Source of the DNA: a virus
Taxonomy: Duplodnaviria > Caudoviricetes
IMG/VR virus record: IMGVR_UViG_3300030106_008084
Coordinates: 1-56,482 of that record
Direction: 5' to 3' (one strand)
DNA: 56,482 bases
This document shows positions 9,317 to 20,243 of the stretch, one piece after another. The first letter of the stretch is position 1; every line of letters begins with the position of its first letter. A model generated the notes under the pieces. The model had not been told where the DNA came from and did no database searches. It saw only the letters and a list, made by a program, of their open reading frames with translations. The translations under genes and the position numbers were made by a program.

Positions 9317-10804
9317 TTACCAGCTGTATACAGGAATTGCAAATCTATCAAAAGGTTCATTACAGTCATTTCTAGAGGTACCTGATAATGCAAATCTTAT
9401 AAATCCTGCAGAACTTAGAGTAAGATTAGCACCGTTGCAATCAATTGCATCATAAACTTTTTGATCATAAGAACCTTGATAACCTCTTGAAACCTGGTTA
9501 GGGGCCCCGTTAAATAAATTGTTATTACCATCTACAGATGAATAACGAATAATAAAGTTAAATCCTTGTGCACTTAAAGATGCTGTACCGTTATCTGTTG
9601 TATCAGAACTTAAGTAATATGTAGTCGAGTCTGGTGCGCCTGCATCAGAACCATATAACAATACATTACCTCCGGTTAATTGTGGTACTCTGAAAAAATT
9701 GCCTCCAGGAGAAGGCAAGCCATTAGTAGTATCATACCGGTTACCTATAACATCATATAATTCTCTATAATTAGAAGATTCAACAGAGGAGTATATGTTA
9801 CCGTCACAAAGTAGATAACCATCTGGAATAACATTAAATGCACGCGCGTGAGGTAGTATAGTACCTACCGGTACGTCATTACCAGAGTTAGCACCTGATA
9901 ATCCAGTAGCTGTTACAACATCATAAATTGAACTGGCCATTCCATTTATAATACCGTTAGAAACATTAACAAACGGAAACTCATTACCTGAGGCAACCTC
10001 AGTATTTGTACTAAAGCCATTTGCAATAGCAAGAACTCCACTATTAGAAAGAGTTAAAGAACTATCTACTTGTTTAAATAAAGCTTCTAGTTGATTAGTA
10101 GTAGAATTTAACTGTAAGCCATCTCCTATTGAACCAGGAGCAAAATTAGAAAATTTAATAATTTCATTTCCTAAATCAGCTAAAATTAATCGATTAGTAG
10201 AATCAAAATCAAATTGAGCATTATCAACATGCATCACTACTGGTTCACCATTACCACCTGAAAGCCCACTTGAAAGCGCAGTAGATAAAATCTCTCTTTC
10301 TCCTATTGAGTTTTGTTTAATACTTAATTTTTCTGATGATATTTCAAAGAATGCTGTACTACTATCAACAGCTATAGTATCACCAACTTTTGCAATACCA
10401 GCGCCAAATATTTCTGAAGCAAATTCACTAGAATTAACTGAACTTTTTGCAACTATTAAGGTGTTGTTATCACCAAAATCTAAAGTAGTACCTGGTACAT
10501 TACCAATGTATGCTAACCCAGATAAAGAGTCGTTATAATTTTGACCAGAAAGTATATATAGTTTATTGTTAGCGTAACCAATATCACCTATTTCCAGGCC
10601 TGGAATGTTTAAACTTGATTCTAAATTAAATGGACCAATTCCTATGTTTCCTACTACGCGACCACCAACAGAAGCACCGTCACCTATATATAATCTTCGT
10701 GTATCTAGAGTGTAGCCTAATTCACCTTGATCTAAAATTATAGATCTTCTTTGTTCGTTAGTACCACGTCTTACTTTTAATTTTACTATACTTACGTCTG
10801 CCAT
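9317..10804 (-). CDS. Tail fibre protein (Mtd_N-like N-terminus, tail collar domain), paralogue of 7656-9299
   Basis: KLKVRRGT..LDQGELGYTLDTRRLYIGDG; VPVGTILP..IPDGYLLCDG..YRELYDVIG..FRVPQL. Confidence 0.8.
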   Translation of the reverse strand: MADVSIVKLKVRRGTNEQRRSIILDQGELGYTLDTRRLYIGDGASVGGRVVGNIGIGPFNLESSLNIPGLEIGDIGYANNKLYILSGQNYNDSLSGLAYIGNVPGTTLDFGDNNTLIVAKSSVNSSEFASEIFGAGIAKVGDTIAVDSSTAFFEISSEKLSIKQNSIGEREILSTALSSGLSGGNGEPVVMHVDNAQFDFDSTNRLILADLGNEIIKFSNFAPGSIGDGLQLNSTTNQLEALFKQVDSSLTLSNSGVLAIANGFSTNTEVASGNEFPFVNVSNGIINGMASSIYDVVTATGLSGANSGNDVPVGTILPHARAFNVIPDGYLLCDGNIYSSVESSNYRELYDVIGNRYDTTNGLPSPGGNFFRVPQLTGGNVLLYGSDAGAPDSTTYYLSSDTTDNGTASLSAQGFNFIIRYSSVDGNNNLFNGAPNQVSRGYQGSYDQKVYDAIDCNGANLTLSSAGFIRFALSGTSRNDCNEPFDRFAIPVYSW

Positions 10805-10813
10805 TTTATTTTA

Positions 10814-11536
10814 TTATTGTGTTCTTTTCCATATATAAGCTCCATAACTCATTGGCGATATACTGAATGCTTGATTTTTTCCTACCGTTGAAAGCTTTTG
10901 TGCTATAGGTTGAATGCTTGGAAACCCGTAAATTGGTTCTAAAAATTGTGTAGTTTGTCCTACCGGAATTTGTTTATTAATAGCTCCGCCTTCACCCCCA
11001 CCAGGCACTGCTTCTGCACTTGTCCAAGAAAGTACATTTCCGAACTGACTGTTAAAACTATTAGGTACATGGGTATGAGCCGGCATTTGATCTTCATTTA
11101 AAGATACATGAGAATCTTGACCATCTGATCCTCCAATATTATTTTCAGCCGTATACTCTGCATATCCATTACTTGGATTACGACCACCAGCACCTACAAT
11201 AAATCTACCTTCAGATGCTAGTTCCCAGACTGTACCAGGTATTCTTGTTCCTGGGTTAACGTTATCTATAGTCATCTGAATAGAACCTACAGGAAAAAAC
11301 ATATCTACTAAACTAGTAACATCGTTATCAGTTGCCTCTATTGAATCAACATGCTGCTCAGGAAGCGCTACATTATTAACTACTACTTTAGTACCACTTA
11401 AAGCAATACCGGTTTTATTGCCCAAGCCATCATAAACATCTCTAGGTTGTGGATCTTTATACAAATCACCACCACTTAAATGAAGCAAAGAAGTATATAG
11501 ATCTGCTATTAATTCATTCTGTAAGCTTGCTGACAT
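10814..11536 (-). CDS. Baseplate/short-fibre protein with gp10-C-terminal/collar-like domain
   Basis: FPVGSIQMT..NPGTRIPGTVWE..GRFIVGAG..MPAHTH..YIWKRT. Confidence 0.7.
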   Translation of the reverse strand: MSASLQNELIADLYTSLLHLSGGDLYKDPQPRDVYDGLGNKTGIALSGTKVVVNNVALPEQHVDSIEATDNDVTSLVDMFFPVGSIQMTIDNVNPGTRIPGTVWELASEGRFIVGAGGRNPSNGYAEYTAENNIGGSDGQDSHVSLNEDQMPAHTHVPNSFNSQFGNVLSWTSAEAVPGGGEGGAINKQIPVGQTTQFLEPIYGFPSIQPIAQKLSTVGKNQAFSISPMSYGAYIWKRTQ

Positions 11537-11549
11537 ATATTTATTTATT

Positions 11550-13490
11550 CTAGTTATTCAAAATACTATCTAGTACGTTCTTTTGAAGGTTATAAAGGCT
11601 ATCAAATACTCTAGTTACTACGTTATAATTAATTTCTTCATTTTCATGAAACTCAAAATCTCTAAAATCTACATCAATATTTGGGTATGAAGTGTATCTA
11701 CCTAATACCGGAACATCTTCTATAGTTTCACCAGTAATAATTAAAGCTAAATTAACATATATCTTTAGTGTATCTTTTAGAATTGATTCTATCTCACTGT
11801 TAAGAGAGATACCTAAACTTGATTCACACCCTAATTCCCTATCATAAGTATTAGCTAAATCTAAAGGAAGTATATTATCATATACTAAACCACCTGTCTT
11901 AGAAAAATACAATCTACCTGTATTTTGCAAAAAGTTATAGACGCTTCCTCCTACTTGTTCAGTTTGTAAATTAATAATATTATAATTATTAGATGGTAAA
12001 TTGTTACTATTAAATGCATATCTGCTATTACTAAATAGTTCTTTCGTTCCACCATAATATGCATTTGGTAAAAATTGTAAATTATTAAAACTTAAAAAGC
12101 CTGCTGGAAATTCAGGATTACTAATAAATCTTGTAGTAACGGAACTACCTTCTTTTAAGATGAAAATATTCGAATCATTATCAGAAAATTTAACAGTAGC
12201 CTCTCCTATAGTTCTTCTTCTTCTTCCAAACACAGGAGTATAAGTACGAACCAATCGAGGTCTATCATTTACTCCGAGTATATAGTTTTCTACTAATTCT
12301 GAATCAACATGATAAACATTAAAAGGCCCGTCTGTTCCAGGAATTCGTACGTCATTGCCTTCTACCTTAGTTAATACTAATACTGAATCATCTGTATCTC
12401 TAATATCAAAATCTACAATGACTTCGTTAATTGTAATACCCCCCGGTAACAGACCAAAGCTTTGCCGCGGCGGAGGCGGCTTAATATAACCAAAAAATTC
12501 ATTAGAGTATTTGTTAGTTAATTCAATAGCAATTTGACCACCTGGAAGTCTTACTAAAGCCCCTTTTAAGTCGTTTCCTATTTTAAACTTACCCTTTACA
12601 ACAGGGTTATCAAAAGTAAAGATATCTTTTATTTTCCATTGACCACAAGTGTTATAAAAACTAAAATCATAACCTATCAATCTATCTATTTGTTTAGGGT
12701 TACCATCTCCATCTAATATTACATCTTTTCCTAAGTTAAATAATGTATCAGTATTGTTATCATATAACAATGTAGTACTCGGAGGTATTTGATCCGTAAT
12801 GTTTTCTCTAAACGAAAAAGGACTATTCTTAACAAAGCTACCTGAAAATACTAATGTTTCAGTAGATGTTACAGTAAAGTAATTAAATGTTTCATCTCTG
12901 TTAATAACTATTGTAGCGCTAGTCGTCTCATCTAATTTATCAAAACCGTCTAAAGCAGTAGGTACTTTATTTTCTTCAATTGTCACACCATCAGAAGTTT
13001 GTCTTGTTACATTAAATGGTAAAGTATTTTCTGCAAATCCATTATCTTTAGTAACAACAACATTTTTTGATCTCGCTTCAGATAAACTTGTTAAAGCTAC
13101 CATAAAGCTATCTGCATCTTTTGAAGTAGATTGGAAATTTAAAATTTGAGGATTAGAAATAATATTTAACGCGTATAAATTTAAATTATTATTATTAAGT
13201 ATTTCTAAATTTGTATCAAGAAATACTTGGTCAATAATATCTCTAGGCGATATATGTGGCTTTTCTAAAACTTGACTACCTCGAGGTACACCACCAGCAG
13301 TTCTATCAAATTCTTTTTTAGCAAGAAATGAATTACCCACAAATGTTCCTTTAGAGCTTAAAGGAGTAGAAGTCTCTGAAAGAGTTTTTCCGGAAAATGC
13401 GCGTCCATCTGTTATGTTAAACAAACCATCATAATCTCTACCACTTAAAGTAAAGGACTCTCCAGAAGTATATTTAAAATAAGATATCAT
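11550..13490 (-). CDS. Putative virion structural protein
   Basis: 646-aa ORF within the tail block; ATGA overlap with the upstream gene. Confidence 0.55.
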   Translation of the reverse strand: MISYFKYTSGESFTLSGRDYDGLFNITDGRAFSGKTLSETSTPLSSKGTFVGNSFLAKKEFDRTAGGVPRGSQVLEKPHISPRDIIDQVFLDTNLEILNNNNLNLYALNIISNPQILNFQSTSKDADSFMVALTSLSEARSKNVVVTKDNGFAENTLPFNVTRQTSDGVTIEENKVPTALDGFDKLDETTSATIVINRDETFNYFTVTSTETLVFSGSFVKNSPFSFRENITDQIPPSTTLLYDNNTDTLFNLGKDVILDGDGNPKQIDRLIGYDFSFYNTCGQWKIKDIFTFDNPVVKGKFKIGNDLKGALVRLPGGQIAIELTNKYSNEFFGYIKPPPPRQSFGLLPGGITINEVIVDFDIRDTDDSVLVLTKVEGNDVRIPGTDGPFNVYHVDSELVENYILGVNDRPRLVRTYTPVFGRRRRTIGEATVKFSDNDSNIFILKEGSSVTTRFISNPEFPAGFLSFNNLQFLPNAYYGGTKELFSNSRYAFNSNNLPSNNYNIINLQTEQVGGSVYNFLQNTGRLYFSKTGGLVYDNILPLDLANTYDRELGCESSLGISLNSEIESILKDTLKIYVNLALIITGETIEDVPVLGRYTSYPNIDVDFRDFEFHENEEINYNVVTRVFDSLYNLQKNVLDSILNN

Positions 13491-15859
13491 TTGTAGTTTA
13501 TAAATTTAACATCATTTATGTTAGTGGTTTCAGGAAGGGAAGAAGTTATATTATTCAATATCATAGTTTTTACTTCTTCAGTAATACTACTGTCTTGTAT
13601 ATTTAAATTCTTTACATTAATATCAACTACATTGCTTCTATGCTTTAAGTTTGTGCCAATAGAATTTACCGTGTTAATAGTATCAGTTAAGTTTCTCATA
13701 CCACATGGTAAAGATATAGTAATATCTTGAATATTATTTAAATTTTGTGTTAAGACAGCAGTAATCTCTTCTTCTGCATTTAACGGTGATAAAGTAAGAT
13801 ATATATCATCTAAGTAAATGTTATCCTCTAGATCTGGTTTAAGAATTTTTTCAGTTATATTACCAGGTGATACTATTTCTATAATACCAAATAAAATCAT
13901 TTTATTTAACATTTGGTATGACTTTATATCAAACGAAAATATAACTTCTGAATTTACATAAAAACTACACGTACCTCTTATAGCATCAAATGATAAAAAT
14001 ATAGCATTAGAAACAAAAGGATTAAGATCGATTATTTTAGTTATAGATCTTACTGTCGGTGGTTCAGGTGAATTATCAAAAATGTTAAAAGTAAATCTTA
14101 AATCACCACTAGCTAATCTTTCTATTTCAAACCCCCCATCAATGTCATTTCTTCTTGATCTTATAGTAAATTGTCCAGCATCACTTTTTATATTAAATCC
14201 TAATGCAAAGCCCCCGTTTTTATTTATTTCGTTAAAGTAATTGTTTATTCTATCAGTAAGAACTGCTCCTTCACAAAAATTAGTAGGCTTTTTTCTTTCT
14301 AATTCATCTTTTTTAATTCGTTCGTATCTGTATCTTTTATTAGGTTGGAATACTAAATCGCTCTTCTTATCAAAGATAACTTTCTTTTCTATAGAAGTTT
14401 TTAAAGAGCTATTGTTTTTAATTAAATTTTCTACTAGTTGCTCATATGTAACATCATAAGTGTTATTAGAAGATAAAGCTTCTTCTTTGGAAGCTAGGTC
14501 TGGATAAAAATACCTATCTACCCATACTCCTCTTTTACCTACGCCACCAGATAACCATGTACATAAGTATGTAGCGTCCTCACTTTTTACGCCATCTTCA
14601 TCATCTAGTTCATATACTCTATCAGCTAAAAATGGTTGTGTATATGAAAATGATCCAGAGTCTACAAATTTAGTATCATTAATATTAATCTGTGTAAAAG
14701 GATTTAAAGAAGAAGGAGTTACAAAATACGTAGAGCCTTCTCTTACCCTTACATTAAAATTATTATAAACATAGTTTAATGAAAGAGTTTCATTCTTTTC
14801 ACTATCTACATCTGAAAATATACTAGTATATTTTCTAAGTCCCTTAACATATATAGGGTTGTTATCACTTGAAGAAAGTAAATTATTAGAAGAAACATAT
14901 TGATCAAAATTATTTGAAATGTTTTTTAAATTTAATAAATCAAATTTAAGAGAGGTAGAATTAGAAGAAGTATGGAGAAGGTAATTAGAAGGTAAGTGAA
15001 AATTACTCTTACTAGTATCAACTTTTGAACCGTTTTCATTGTAGGTTATAAACGATGTATTATATGGAGATGGAATAGTTAAATCGATTTCACCTCCTAA
15101 TTTAATAGCACGAGTTGTAAAGAAAAAAGAATTAACATCATCTATATTAGATATATTTTGTGCTACTAATGTTTGTCCATTATTTTCTAAAATATATCTC
15201 TGTTCAGGACTAAAAGTATTATCTGGATCTTTAACTTTAGTAGAGAAGAAAGCTAAATAATCCGACGTTGTTCCTAACCCTCCCTTTACTATAGTATACT
15301 CTAGCTTAGCATTATCTTTGCTTATTTTATTTTCCCCAACGAATAGAGTTTTCTTTTGAGTGTTTTCTTCTGCATCATCACTAACTACTAGATAATATCT
15401 AAAGTTATTAATTAAGAAAGAAACTCTACAATGAAAAGAATCGATTAATTCAATTTCGAAATCATTAGCTTGAGTTGCATCTGTTGTTATACCAGTGTAA
15501 CCATAATATTGTGCATCATATGTGGTACCGGTTTTTTCAAAATTCTTTTTATCTGCTTTTTGAAAAGTTAAAAATCCCTCTGACTCGGCAGAAAAATTTA
15601 AAGCAGAGAAAATCTTTTTAGGTATTACACGTCCTCCTGAAAAATGTGTTACACTATCAAGAGTATACTCATCAGTGAGAAAGAAATTTGTAAAATTTAA
15701 ATTTTTAAAGCTTTGAGTACCTGAAAGAGCTGTAATAAAATTAAAATTAAATCCTCCAGAATACGTTCTACGAAACTGATCTAATTCCAAATCTACAGGA
15801 CAAATTTCTGCAGATTCTGATTTTAAAGCGCTTAAGCTAGCTTTGACCAATGCTCCCAT
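13487..15859 (-). CDS. Putative virion structural protein (possible C-terminal LamG/ConA-like domain)
   Basis: 790 aa; TATAAATA-N6-ATG; C-terminal beta-rich segment IFLSFDAIRGTCSFYVNSE. Confidence 0.55.
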   Translation of the reverse strand: MGALVKASLSALKSESAEICPVDLELDQFRRTYSGGFNFNFITALSGTQSFKNLNFTNFFLTDEYTLDSVTHFSGGRVIPKKIFSALNFSAESEGFLTFQKADKKNFEKTGTTYDAQYYGYTGITTDATQANDFEIELIDSFHCRVSFLINNFRYYLVVSDDAEENTQKKTLFVGENKISKDNAKLEYTIVKGGLGTTSDYLAFFSTKVKDPDNTFSPEQRYILENNGQTLVAQNISNIDDVNSFFFTTRAIKLGGEIDLTIPSPYNTSFITYNENGSKVDTSKSNFHLPSNYLLHTSSNSTSLKFDLLNLKNISNNFDQYVSSNNLLSSSDNNPIYVKGLRKYTSIFSDVDSEKNETLSLNYVYNNFNVRVREGSTYFVTPSSLNPFTQININDTKFVDSGSFSYTQPFLADRVYELDDEDGVKSEDATYLCTWLSGGVGKRGVWVDRYFYPDLASKEEALSSNNTYDVTYEQLVENLIKNNSSLKTSIEKKVIFDKKSDLVFQPNKRYRYERIKKDELERKKPTNFCEGAVLTDRINNYFNEINKNGGFALGFNIKSDAGQFTIRSRRNDIDGGFEIERLASGDLRFTFNIFDNSPEPPTVRSITKIIDLNPFVSNAIFLSFDAIRGTCSFYVNSEVIFSFDIKSYQMLNKMILFGIIEIVSPGNITEKILKPDLEDNIYLDDIYLTLSPLNAEEEITAVLTQNLNNIQDITISLPCGMRNLTDTINTVNSIGTNLKHRSNVVDINVKNLNIQDSSITEEVKTMILNNITSSLPETTNINDVKFINYK

Positions 15860-15879
15860 TGTATATATTTATACCAGCG

Positions 15880-17361
15880 TTAACTTAAGCGAACCGTTGA
15901 AAGTTGATACCCCCATGTATTTCCTACTGCTTCCATACCTTCACTAATTAATTCCTGTATTTGAGCGTTTCCAAAGTTTTTAGCAGTTCCTCCAGATCCA
16001 CCTCTAGTTTGTATTATACCCAACAATATAAGCTCATCATTATAAGGTATAAATAATGGACCGCCGCTATCTCCGGATGCATAACCTGATAAACTTAAAT
16101 TAGCAGATGAAAGCAATGGCGACACATTAGTTAATCTATAATTAGGTAAACCAGGAGGCTTTAAAAATATATTTACTTTATCAGATACGAGAGTGATTAT
16201 TTCGCCATTGAAACCCCTATTAGTGCGCGTTTCATTAATAACATCTGTAGTAGCTATCCCACTGTAATAATCGTTATCGAAAAATTCATTTCCCCCTTGA
16301 TTTATTAAAGGAAATTTACTAGTAGGTACTTCACTATCAAAACGTGGTACTTTATATAACTTTAAATTACCTGCAGCTCCAGTTGAGGTAGTAGCGGTAG
16401 ATAAATCTCTATCAAAACTAATAACAGTTAAGTCTCTATGAGGAATTTCTGATGTAGCAGATATAGTTGCAGATATTGAATTGCCTGTAGTAAAATCATA
16501 AAAATATACTACGTCACCTGCTGCAGGATCATGAGCTGGTTTTGCATGTGATACGCTAATTCCATGTCTTGGAGAAATTAAAGTTACATTATTTTGATCT
16601 GTAAACCCATCTGCTGCATATGACGTACCGGAAAAATTAATTTTAGATCGATTAGCATAACCCCAAAATGTTGTAGTCCAGGTAGCTGACGCCTGTGTTA
16701 CATTCTGTATAAATTTAAACTTAGCTGCTGATCCAACAGGATCAGCTACACCTGAAACATATGACTGCATTTCAGTAATACTTTGATTAGATGTATCATT
16801 ATAAGAAGATAAAGTTGTTGCAGGTAAATCAGAATACTCAATTTCTGTATCATCATGATTTTGAATTACAAAGTTATCTTTTTTCGTTAAATAGGTAAAA
16901 ATAGAATTATTATCTTCACTATCTAAAAGACTAACATTAAGAAGATCTAAATCTTCAATAGTATCTAAATAACCTTCAGTACGAACATTTACAGGAATTG
17001 TGAATTTGGTAGTATTACCATCTATATAACCAACATTAACTCTCATGGTCATTTCTTTCTTAAGTGCAGTATCTGAGGGGTAGAATATATGCTTATAAGG
17101 TTTATTAAAAAACACTGGAGATGCACCTCTTTTGATTTCAGGAAAGATTGATTCTGTTTTATAATTTCTGTATATGGTAATATCAGGTTCTTCTATGCTA
17201 CTACCATCACCCCATTCAATAGCGAGGTAATCGGGAAATATGTTAGAATAAACTTCTGAAAGATCAAGTGACAACTCAGTCATATCAAACAGATCAACTG
17301 CAGGCATTGGTATAGTTGAGCTTGAGTTAACTGATGTTAAAGATAGAGTAAATGAGTTCAT
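15880..17361 (-). CDS. Virion protein: PKD-like N-terminus plus trypsin-like (S1) serine protease
   Basis: Start moved to ATG 17361 (ATGA overlap with upstream stop). IEWGDG PKD-like motif; TLISPRHGISVSH (His), RDLTVI (Asp), GDSGGPLF (Ser), LLGII. Confidence 0.8.
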   Translation of the reverse strand: MNSFTLSLTSVNSSSTIPMPAVDLFDMTELSLDLSEVYSNIFPDYLAIEWGDGSSIEEPDITIYRNYKTESIFPEIKRGASPVFFNKPYKHIFYPSDTALKKEMTMRVNVGYIDGNTTKFTIPVNVRTEGYLDTIEDLDLLNVSLLDSEDNNSIFTYLTKKDNFVIQNHDDTEIEYSDLPATTLSSYNDTSNQSITEMQSYVSGVADPVGSAAKFKFIQNVTQASATWTTTFWGYANRSKINFSGTSYAADGFTDQNNVTLISPRHGISVSHAKPAHDPAAGDVVYFYDFTTGNSISATISATSEIPHRDLTVISFDRDLSTATTSTGAAGNLKLYKVPRFDSEVPTSKFPLINQGGNEFFDNDYYSGIATTDVINETRTNRGFNGEIITLVSDKVNIFLKPPGLPNYRLTNVSPLLSSANLSLSGYASGDSGGPLFIPYNDELILLGIIQTRGGSGGTAKNFGNAQIQELISEGMEAVGNTWGYQLSTVRLS

Positions 17362-20234
17362 AGTATTAAAGCTCCAGCTGAAGGTGAATAAGTTATAGAT
17401 AATGTAGGGTCTCCCGAACTTAAAGCAAAATTTATAAAGCTTAAATCCTTTGAAGGTGTTCCCCAACCTGTAGTTTTAACAAAATTATATGTATATGACA
17501 TATCATTAGATTGATAATAGCTTCCTTTTTTAAATTTTACTTTATCTTTATATTCAAAAACGTACGAATAAAGTCTAGGAGATTTATTTTGATCTTTAAG
17601 TATAAAGCTTAAATTAAACATTTCATTTTCACTACTATAAGTTAGTTGAGGTTTACCTGACTCTAATAGTAAAATATCATTCGAATATTCATTAAAATAA
17701 TTATAACTTTGCAGAACAGGGTTGTCTAAAGTAGGATAAATTTGTTCAGTAGTTTTAGAAGCCCCGGAAAATTTAAATATTCTCGGATATACTCTAATAT
17801 CTTTAAACCCTGAATCATCGTTAACGGCTCCTTCACGAACTAAAATAGCATAAAATACATCATCGCCAACTTTAAATCTATTACTAACTTTATCAAAGTT
17901 ATTTGTGTTACAGGAAAGAAGATTTACTACTGTATTCTCAGTGTTTATAAAATCATATGTATCTACATCATATTCAATATTTTCAATAATAAGAAATGAG
18001 CTAGTCTCTATAAACATAGTATTATAGAGCATATCAAACTCTTTTACCTTACTAGAAAGTTCATTTTTAATAGTAGTCTCATACTCACCACCACCAACAA
18101 ATTTAGTATCTAAATAAGGTAGAGCTTGAGTTAACTCTTTAACATTAGGTAGATTATTTGGTTTATTAATATTTTTAATATAAATTTTACCAAAATTTTC
18201 TTGCTTTGTAAAAAAGCTTTCAGTAGCAGAAAGTACATCTGCAACTACTGTCTTTCTTAAAGTTTCATCATTATAATCAAAACTTTCAAACCCTCGCGGA
18301 CTGTAATCGTATGTAAGTTCATCCGTAAACAACCCTCCATTCATATCTACTACACCATTATCACCGGATGCTACAACATTTAATGTCATATTTCCTGATG
18401 CTGCTGGATGTGTACTATCGCAGAGAGCTCTTACAACTGTAGAGCCGTTATCATAATCAGCTATACCTGCTTCAATTAAATCAGTAAAATAAAAATCTCC
18501 AGTTGAAGTAGTATATGCACTTAAATTGGTACTCACCGCATCATCTAAAATTTCATCATCAGAAAATTTAAAAAAGGCACCTTCTTTTACATCAGCTTCT
18601 ATAGTACCTATTTGTTCTATATCTACTTGTGAAAAATTTGGAGGCTGTATTAGAGGTTCATTAGGACCATAATAACGGAAGAAAATATCTTTCGCTGATG
18701 CAGTTTCAGCATCTGTACCAGCAGTAAAGAATTGAGTAAAAGATGTAATTCCAGATCTAAATGTTTCTGAGTATGTAGCTGATGATCCTGAATTTACCGT
18801 ACTATAATTAAATGCGGAACCTTCGCCATATAGTGTATCAAAAAATTGATAACCATTTAAAATTAAATTTTTAACTACACGGTTAGGCTCTTCTTTAAAG
18901 TTGTTTCTATAAAAATTATTATCTTTAAGTAATCCGTAGATATTACCGTTTAAATCTGTTTTACTGTCATAAATGTATCCATCATCAAACAAAAATGATA
19001 AGTCGGTGTTTATATTTCGATCAGTAGGTACTTCAGAATTATAACCCATCAACGAAGTACTATTTTTATCTGTGTTAGGTTGATTAACTGCTATTCCTTT
19101 ACTTTGATTATTAATAGATCTCGAAGTGTTTATTACAAAAGTAAAAATATTATCATCATTAGTAAATAAAGAAGGATCTGGAAATATATACAATGTATTA
19201 ACAGGATAAAAATCTCTTCCAAAAAATTCTAATCTTTCACTTTCAATAGTTACGATACTCGAGTTAGTAGGTTTGAAAAAGCCTTGATCTCTTACACTTT
19301 TTATATCGTCTGAAAATACAGAAGCAACTGAAGGGTAGTTAGTATTTAAAAAGTTAGCATATGGAGCATCAGCTTCAAACAACTGACCATATTCAGTTCT
19401 ACCTAATTCATTAGTTGAGAGGTAATAATAATCTGCTCCTATAAATTTTTCTGTTTGCTGTCGCTTGTGATCAAAAACTTCATCTACTTCTTTAATTTCT
19501 CTTAAAAAATTATCCGCATCAGCAAAAATTTCTTCTACTAAAACTTCATCATTAGTTAAGAATATATTACTTTCTGGTAACCCATCAGGATTATATTCTA
19601 AATAGTTTCTTCCATATATTTTATCATCAGGCTCTATGTTAAAATATTTTGTATATTGATCTATATATTCGGTTAATGATACAGATAAGTTACTTTTTAT
19701 ATCTTCTATATTATAATCACGAGCAGCTGTATCTCTGTTAGCTAAAAAATCGATTACTAATTCATATGCATTTTGTTGTACTCCAAAATTGCTACCTTTT
19801 AATTTAGCTCTTGTAGTAGAAAATTGTAACTTATCACGTTTTACTTGATAATAGGATATAATACTTCTTATTTTTTTACTATAAAATTGAACAGCTATTT
19901 GTAAATCATAAGGATCACCAAAATCGATTTGTGAAAGAAATTTTCTTTCAGCGTTTGTAGAGTAGTTTAAAGTAATATCTCTCAAAAACTCTCTATACCT
20001 TTCTATTATAATTTGTTTATTATCAGTAGATTTAGAATTTGTAATTTTATTATACCTACGAATATATTCATTATAATAATTTTGTAACCCATCCGGTTCA
20101 TAAAATTCAGGAACATTTTTAATAAATTCTAGAAAAGTAAACGCTACATTTCTATCTAATGCATTTTCTCTACGTACATTAGGGTTGGTTATTGATAAAT
20201 TAACCTCAGGATAACCTTGAATTATTTCGTCCAT
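17358..20234 (-). CDS. Putative baseplate/virion structural protein
   Basis: 958 aa; TAAATA-N6-ATG; downstream of the gp25/gp6 wedge genes. Confidence 0.55.
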   Translation of the reverse strand: MDEIIQGYPEVNLSITNPNVRRENALDRNVAFTFLEFIKNVPEFYEPDGLQNYYNEYIRRYNKITNSKSTDNKQIIIERYREFLRDITLNYSTNAERKFLSQIDFGDPYDLQIAVQFYSKKIRSIISYYQVKRDKLQFSTTRAKLKGSNFGVQQNAYELVIDFLANRDTAARDYNIEDIKSNLSVSLTEYIDQYTKYFNIEPDDKIYGRNYLEYNPDGLPESNIFLTNDEVLVEEIFADADNFLREIKEVDEVFDHKRQQTEKFIGADYYYLSTNELGRTEYGQLFEADAPYANFLNTNYPSVASVFSDDIKSVRDQGFFKPTNSSIVTIESERLEFFGRDFYPVNTLYIFPDPSLFTNDDNIFTFVINTSRSINNQSKGIAVNQPNTDKNSTSLMGYNSEVPTDRNINTDLSFLFDDGYIYDSKTDLNGNIYGLLKDNNFYRNNFKEEPNRVVKNLILNGYQFFDTLYGEGSAFNYSTVNSGSSATYSETFRSGITSFTQFFTAGTDAETASAKDIFFRYYGPNEPLIQPPNFSQVDIEQIGTIEADVKEGAFFKFSDDEILDDAVSTNLSAYTTSTGDFYFTDLIEAGIADYDNGSTVVRALCDSTHPAASGNMTLNVVASGDNGVVDMNGGLFTDELTYDYSPRGFESFDYNDETLRKTVVADVLSATESFFTKQENFGKIYIKNINKPNNLPNVKELTQALPYLDTKFVGGGEYETTIKNELSSKVKEFDMLYNTMFIETSSFLIIENIEYDVDTYDFINTENTVVNLLSCNTNNFDKVSNRFKVGDDVFYAILVREGAVNDDSGFKDIRVYPRIFKFSGASKTTEQIYPTLDNPVLQSYNYFNEYSNDILLLESGKPQLTYSSENEMFNLSFILKDQNKSPRLYSYVFEYKDKVKFKKGSYYQSNDMSYTYNFVKTTGWGTPSKDLSFINFALSSGDPTLSITYSPSAGALIL

Positions 20235-20243
20235 TAAACATAT

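Noticed and set aside
7656-10804. Diversity-generating retroelement suggested by Mtd-like N-termini
   Set aside because: No reverse transcriptase and no template/variable repeat pair differing at adenines was seen in the window.
17362-17466. Extended N-terminus of ORF 15880-17466 (likewise 25374, 29264, 53020 and 54824 starts)
   Set aside because: These extensions overlap neighbouring genes or promoters; downstream starts fit ATGA coupling or the promoter spacing.
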